Shown in pieces: positions 62,772-64,000 of a DNA stretch of 64,000 bases. Made by a program: the position numbers and the translations under genes. Below the pieces are notes generated by a model. The model had not been told where the DNA came from and made no database searches. It was given only the letters and a program-made list of their open reading frames with translations. The DNA comes from Victivallales bacterium (GTDB lineage: Bacteria > Verrucomicrobiota > Lentisphaeria > Victivallales > UBA1829): contig JAEEQN010000010.1 of the NCBI GenBank assembly GCA_016285345.1, positions 3,465 to 67,464 on the forward strand, read 5' to 3'. How positions within the stretch are numbered: the stretch's first letter is position 1; each line of letters begins with the position of its first letter.

Positions 62772-64000
62772 ATGGCGCAGAACAACACAACAGAACCGCC
62801 CTCAATTCAAATAACGTCCGCTCAACCCGACATCGACGAACGCCTGAGGTTCCGTCTGCCGCGGCTCGGCTGTTTCTGGATTTTCCTCATCTTTTTCTTT
62901 TCAATCATCGCGGGGGGACTTCTGCTCTTCTGCACAACGTTCAAGCGCCCGATCGACTGCGAGACGCCGACGGAACACGTTACCGTATCCGACCCGTGCC
63001 ATGTCCTGCACGAAGAGGACCTGGATTTCTTGACGGAGCTCGCAAACAAGGTGGCGGACGAGGGGAACTGCGACGTCGCCGTGCTGTTCGCGGACGAACA
63101 TTTCGAAGACTTCCACGCGCTGTTCGACGCCGTGCTGGCGGACTGGGCGCCGGCCAAGGGCGTCCTGCTGATGTACGGCCTGCAGGACGACAACATCAAA
63201 ATGGCTCTGACGGGCGGTGAATGGCGTCTGGCGGGACACGACGACTCGTGGCTCTGCGGAGAGATCGCCGTTCAGGATCCATCCTGCCGGGCGAACCGGG
63301 TTTGCTATCTTCTGAACCACCTGAAGGAGTCCCTCGAACGGGCGAAAAATGACGATCTGCCGAAAGGGACGCTGGACCATTTCGATGGCGTCTATTTCGA
63401 CTGGGCTCCGTTCCATACGGAAAGCGCGCCCCGTTACACAGCCGCGGTCATCAGCCTCGTGATCGGGATCATCGCGATCATCTTCGGGCTGGTGTTCTGG
63501 ACAGACGGACGCACGGAACGGGCAAAGAATCTGGGCCGTTACCGCAATGTTCTGGAGGAGTTCGAACGGCGGCACCCGAACGAGCCGGAACTTCAGCTCC
63601 TCGATCTGAACGAACCGAAAGATCCGGGCATATTCAAATTCCTCCGCCACCCGGCTCTGGTCATAACGGCGATCCTGCTTGCCTCGTTTTTTGGTGGGCT
63701 TATCGTTTATTTCGGCGTCTTCAGCGGACCGGATTCCGATTCTTACATGCTGGACAATGGAATCAAGAATCCCTATCCGAGTTCCCGCCGGGCCACGTAC
63801 ACCAGGGAAGTCCCCGAAGCGCCGTCCGGGGTCGTCGTCGACCTCGCGGACGCGTTCACGCCGGACGAAGAACGCGCCATTTCCGAGGCGGTCGGACATC
63901 TGGAAGACGCCGTAGGCGGACAGGTCCAGGTCCTGACCGTGAAGACTCTCGGCTCCGCCATCCTGGAAGAGTACACGCTCGAGGTCGCCTCCCGCTGGGA
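62772..64000 (+). CDS. membrane protein with TPM (TLP18.3/Psb32/MOLO-1) domains, 3' end beyond window
   Basis: Own translation from the ATG at 62772 (MAQNNTTEPPSIQITSAQPDIDERLRFRLPRLGCFWIFLIFFFSIIAGG...) is open to position 64000, so it is absent from the ORF track. It has two TM segments. ...VVVDLADAFTPDEERAISEAVGHLEDAVGGQVQVLTVKTLG...EEYTLEVASRW is a TPM-domain opening. Confidence 0.75.
   Translation, partial: MAQNNTTEPPSIQITSAQPDIDERLRFRLPRLGCFWIFLIFFFSIIAGGLLLFCTTFKRPIDCETPTEHVTVSDPCHVLHEEDLDFLTELANKVADEGNCDVAVLFADEHFEDFHALFDAVLADWAPAKGVLLMYGLQDDNIKMALTGGEWRLAGHDDSWLCGEIAVQDPSCRANRVCYLLNHLKESLERAKNDDLPKGTLDHFDGVYFDWAPFHTESAPRYTAAVISLVIGIIAIIFGLVFWTDGRTERAKNLGRYRNVLEEFERRHPNEPELQLLDLNEPKDPGIFKFLRHPALVITAILLASFFGGLIVYFGVFSGPDSDSYMLDNGIKNPYPSSRRATYTREVPEAPSGVVVDLADAFTPDEERAISEAVGHLEDAVGGQVQVLTVKTLGSAILEEYTLEVASRW

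Noticed and set aside
62765-63220. 151-aa plus-strand track ORF (GTG start) and the 332-aa minus-strand ORF 62901..63899.
   Set aside because: Both are Arg-rich frame artefacts. The frame starting at ATG 62772 gives a membrane/TPM-domain protein that stays open to the window end.

Overview
High-GC bacterial chromosome segment with a Gram-negative envelope (LptF/G permease, DsbD, many lipobox lipoproteins). It resembles a PVC-type (Lentisphaerota/Kiritimatiellota/Verrucomicrobiota-like) glycan degrader, but that taxonomy is a guess.

Gene content, left to right:
- A hybrid PAS/GAF histidine kinase on the minus strand, truncated by the window edge. It is absent from the ORF track because it has no stop in the window.
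- A divergent CAZyme cluster: DUF2264/GH154-like, GH51, CE7, GH26.
- DUF3795.
- A Y-family polymerase, a YolD-like protein and Ogt.
- A Kdo/WaaP-like kinase homolog and an ArnT-like membrane protein.
- A DAHP synthase-prephenate dehydratase fusion, preceded by what reads as a classical aromatic leader-peptide attenuator.
- AT-rich island 1: type II C5-methyltransferase, restriction endonuclease and an RloC-like ATPase/anticodon-nuclease candidate.
- A sigma54-type promoter with glnK-amt.
- GH16, then rho carrying a 350-aa AT-hook plus Q/N-rich N-terminal extension, then coaE.
- DUF1846, proB, miaB, a yfcE-like gene and guaA.
- A Bro-N/DinD-like gene plus an unknown gene, then an esterase and a repeat lipoprotein.
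- AT-rich island 2: a GmrSD-type type IV restriction enzyme, two small unknown ORFs, and a duplicated terminator-like module.
- dsbD, rmuC, lepB; a TrmH-family methyltransferase; a macro-domain protein; mfd.
- rpoD with a Lys/Ala-rich N-terminus, rpsU, lptF/G.
- A PHP phosphoesterase, a polyprenol-kinase-like protein and tRNA-Arg(CCU).
- A secreted GFG-repeat protein.
- A TPM-domain membrane protein that runs off the 3' edge and is also absent from the ORF track.

A composite palindromic repeat family sits directly after stop codons at four or more loci.

Most long ORFs antisense to, or out of frame with, the genes above are high-GC artefacts. No CRISPR array, rRNA, transposase or integrase was seen.

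All homology statements come from motif recognition by eye, not from database searches.
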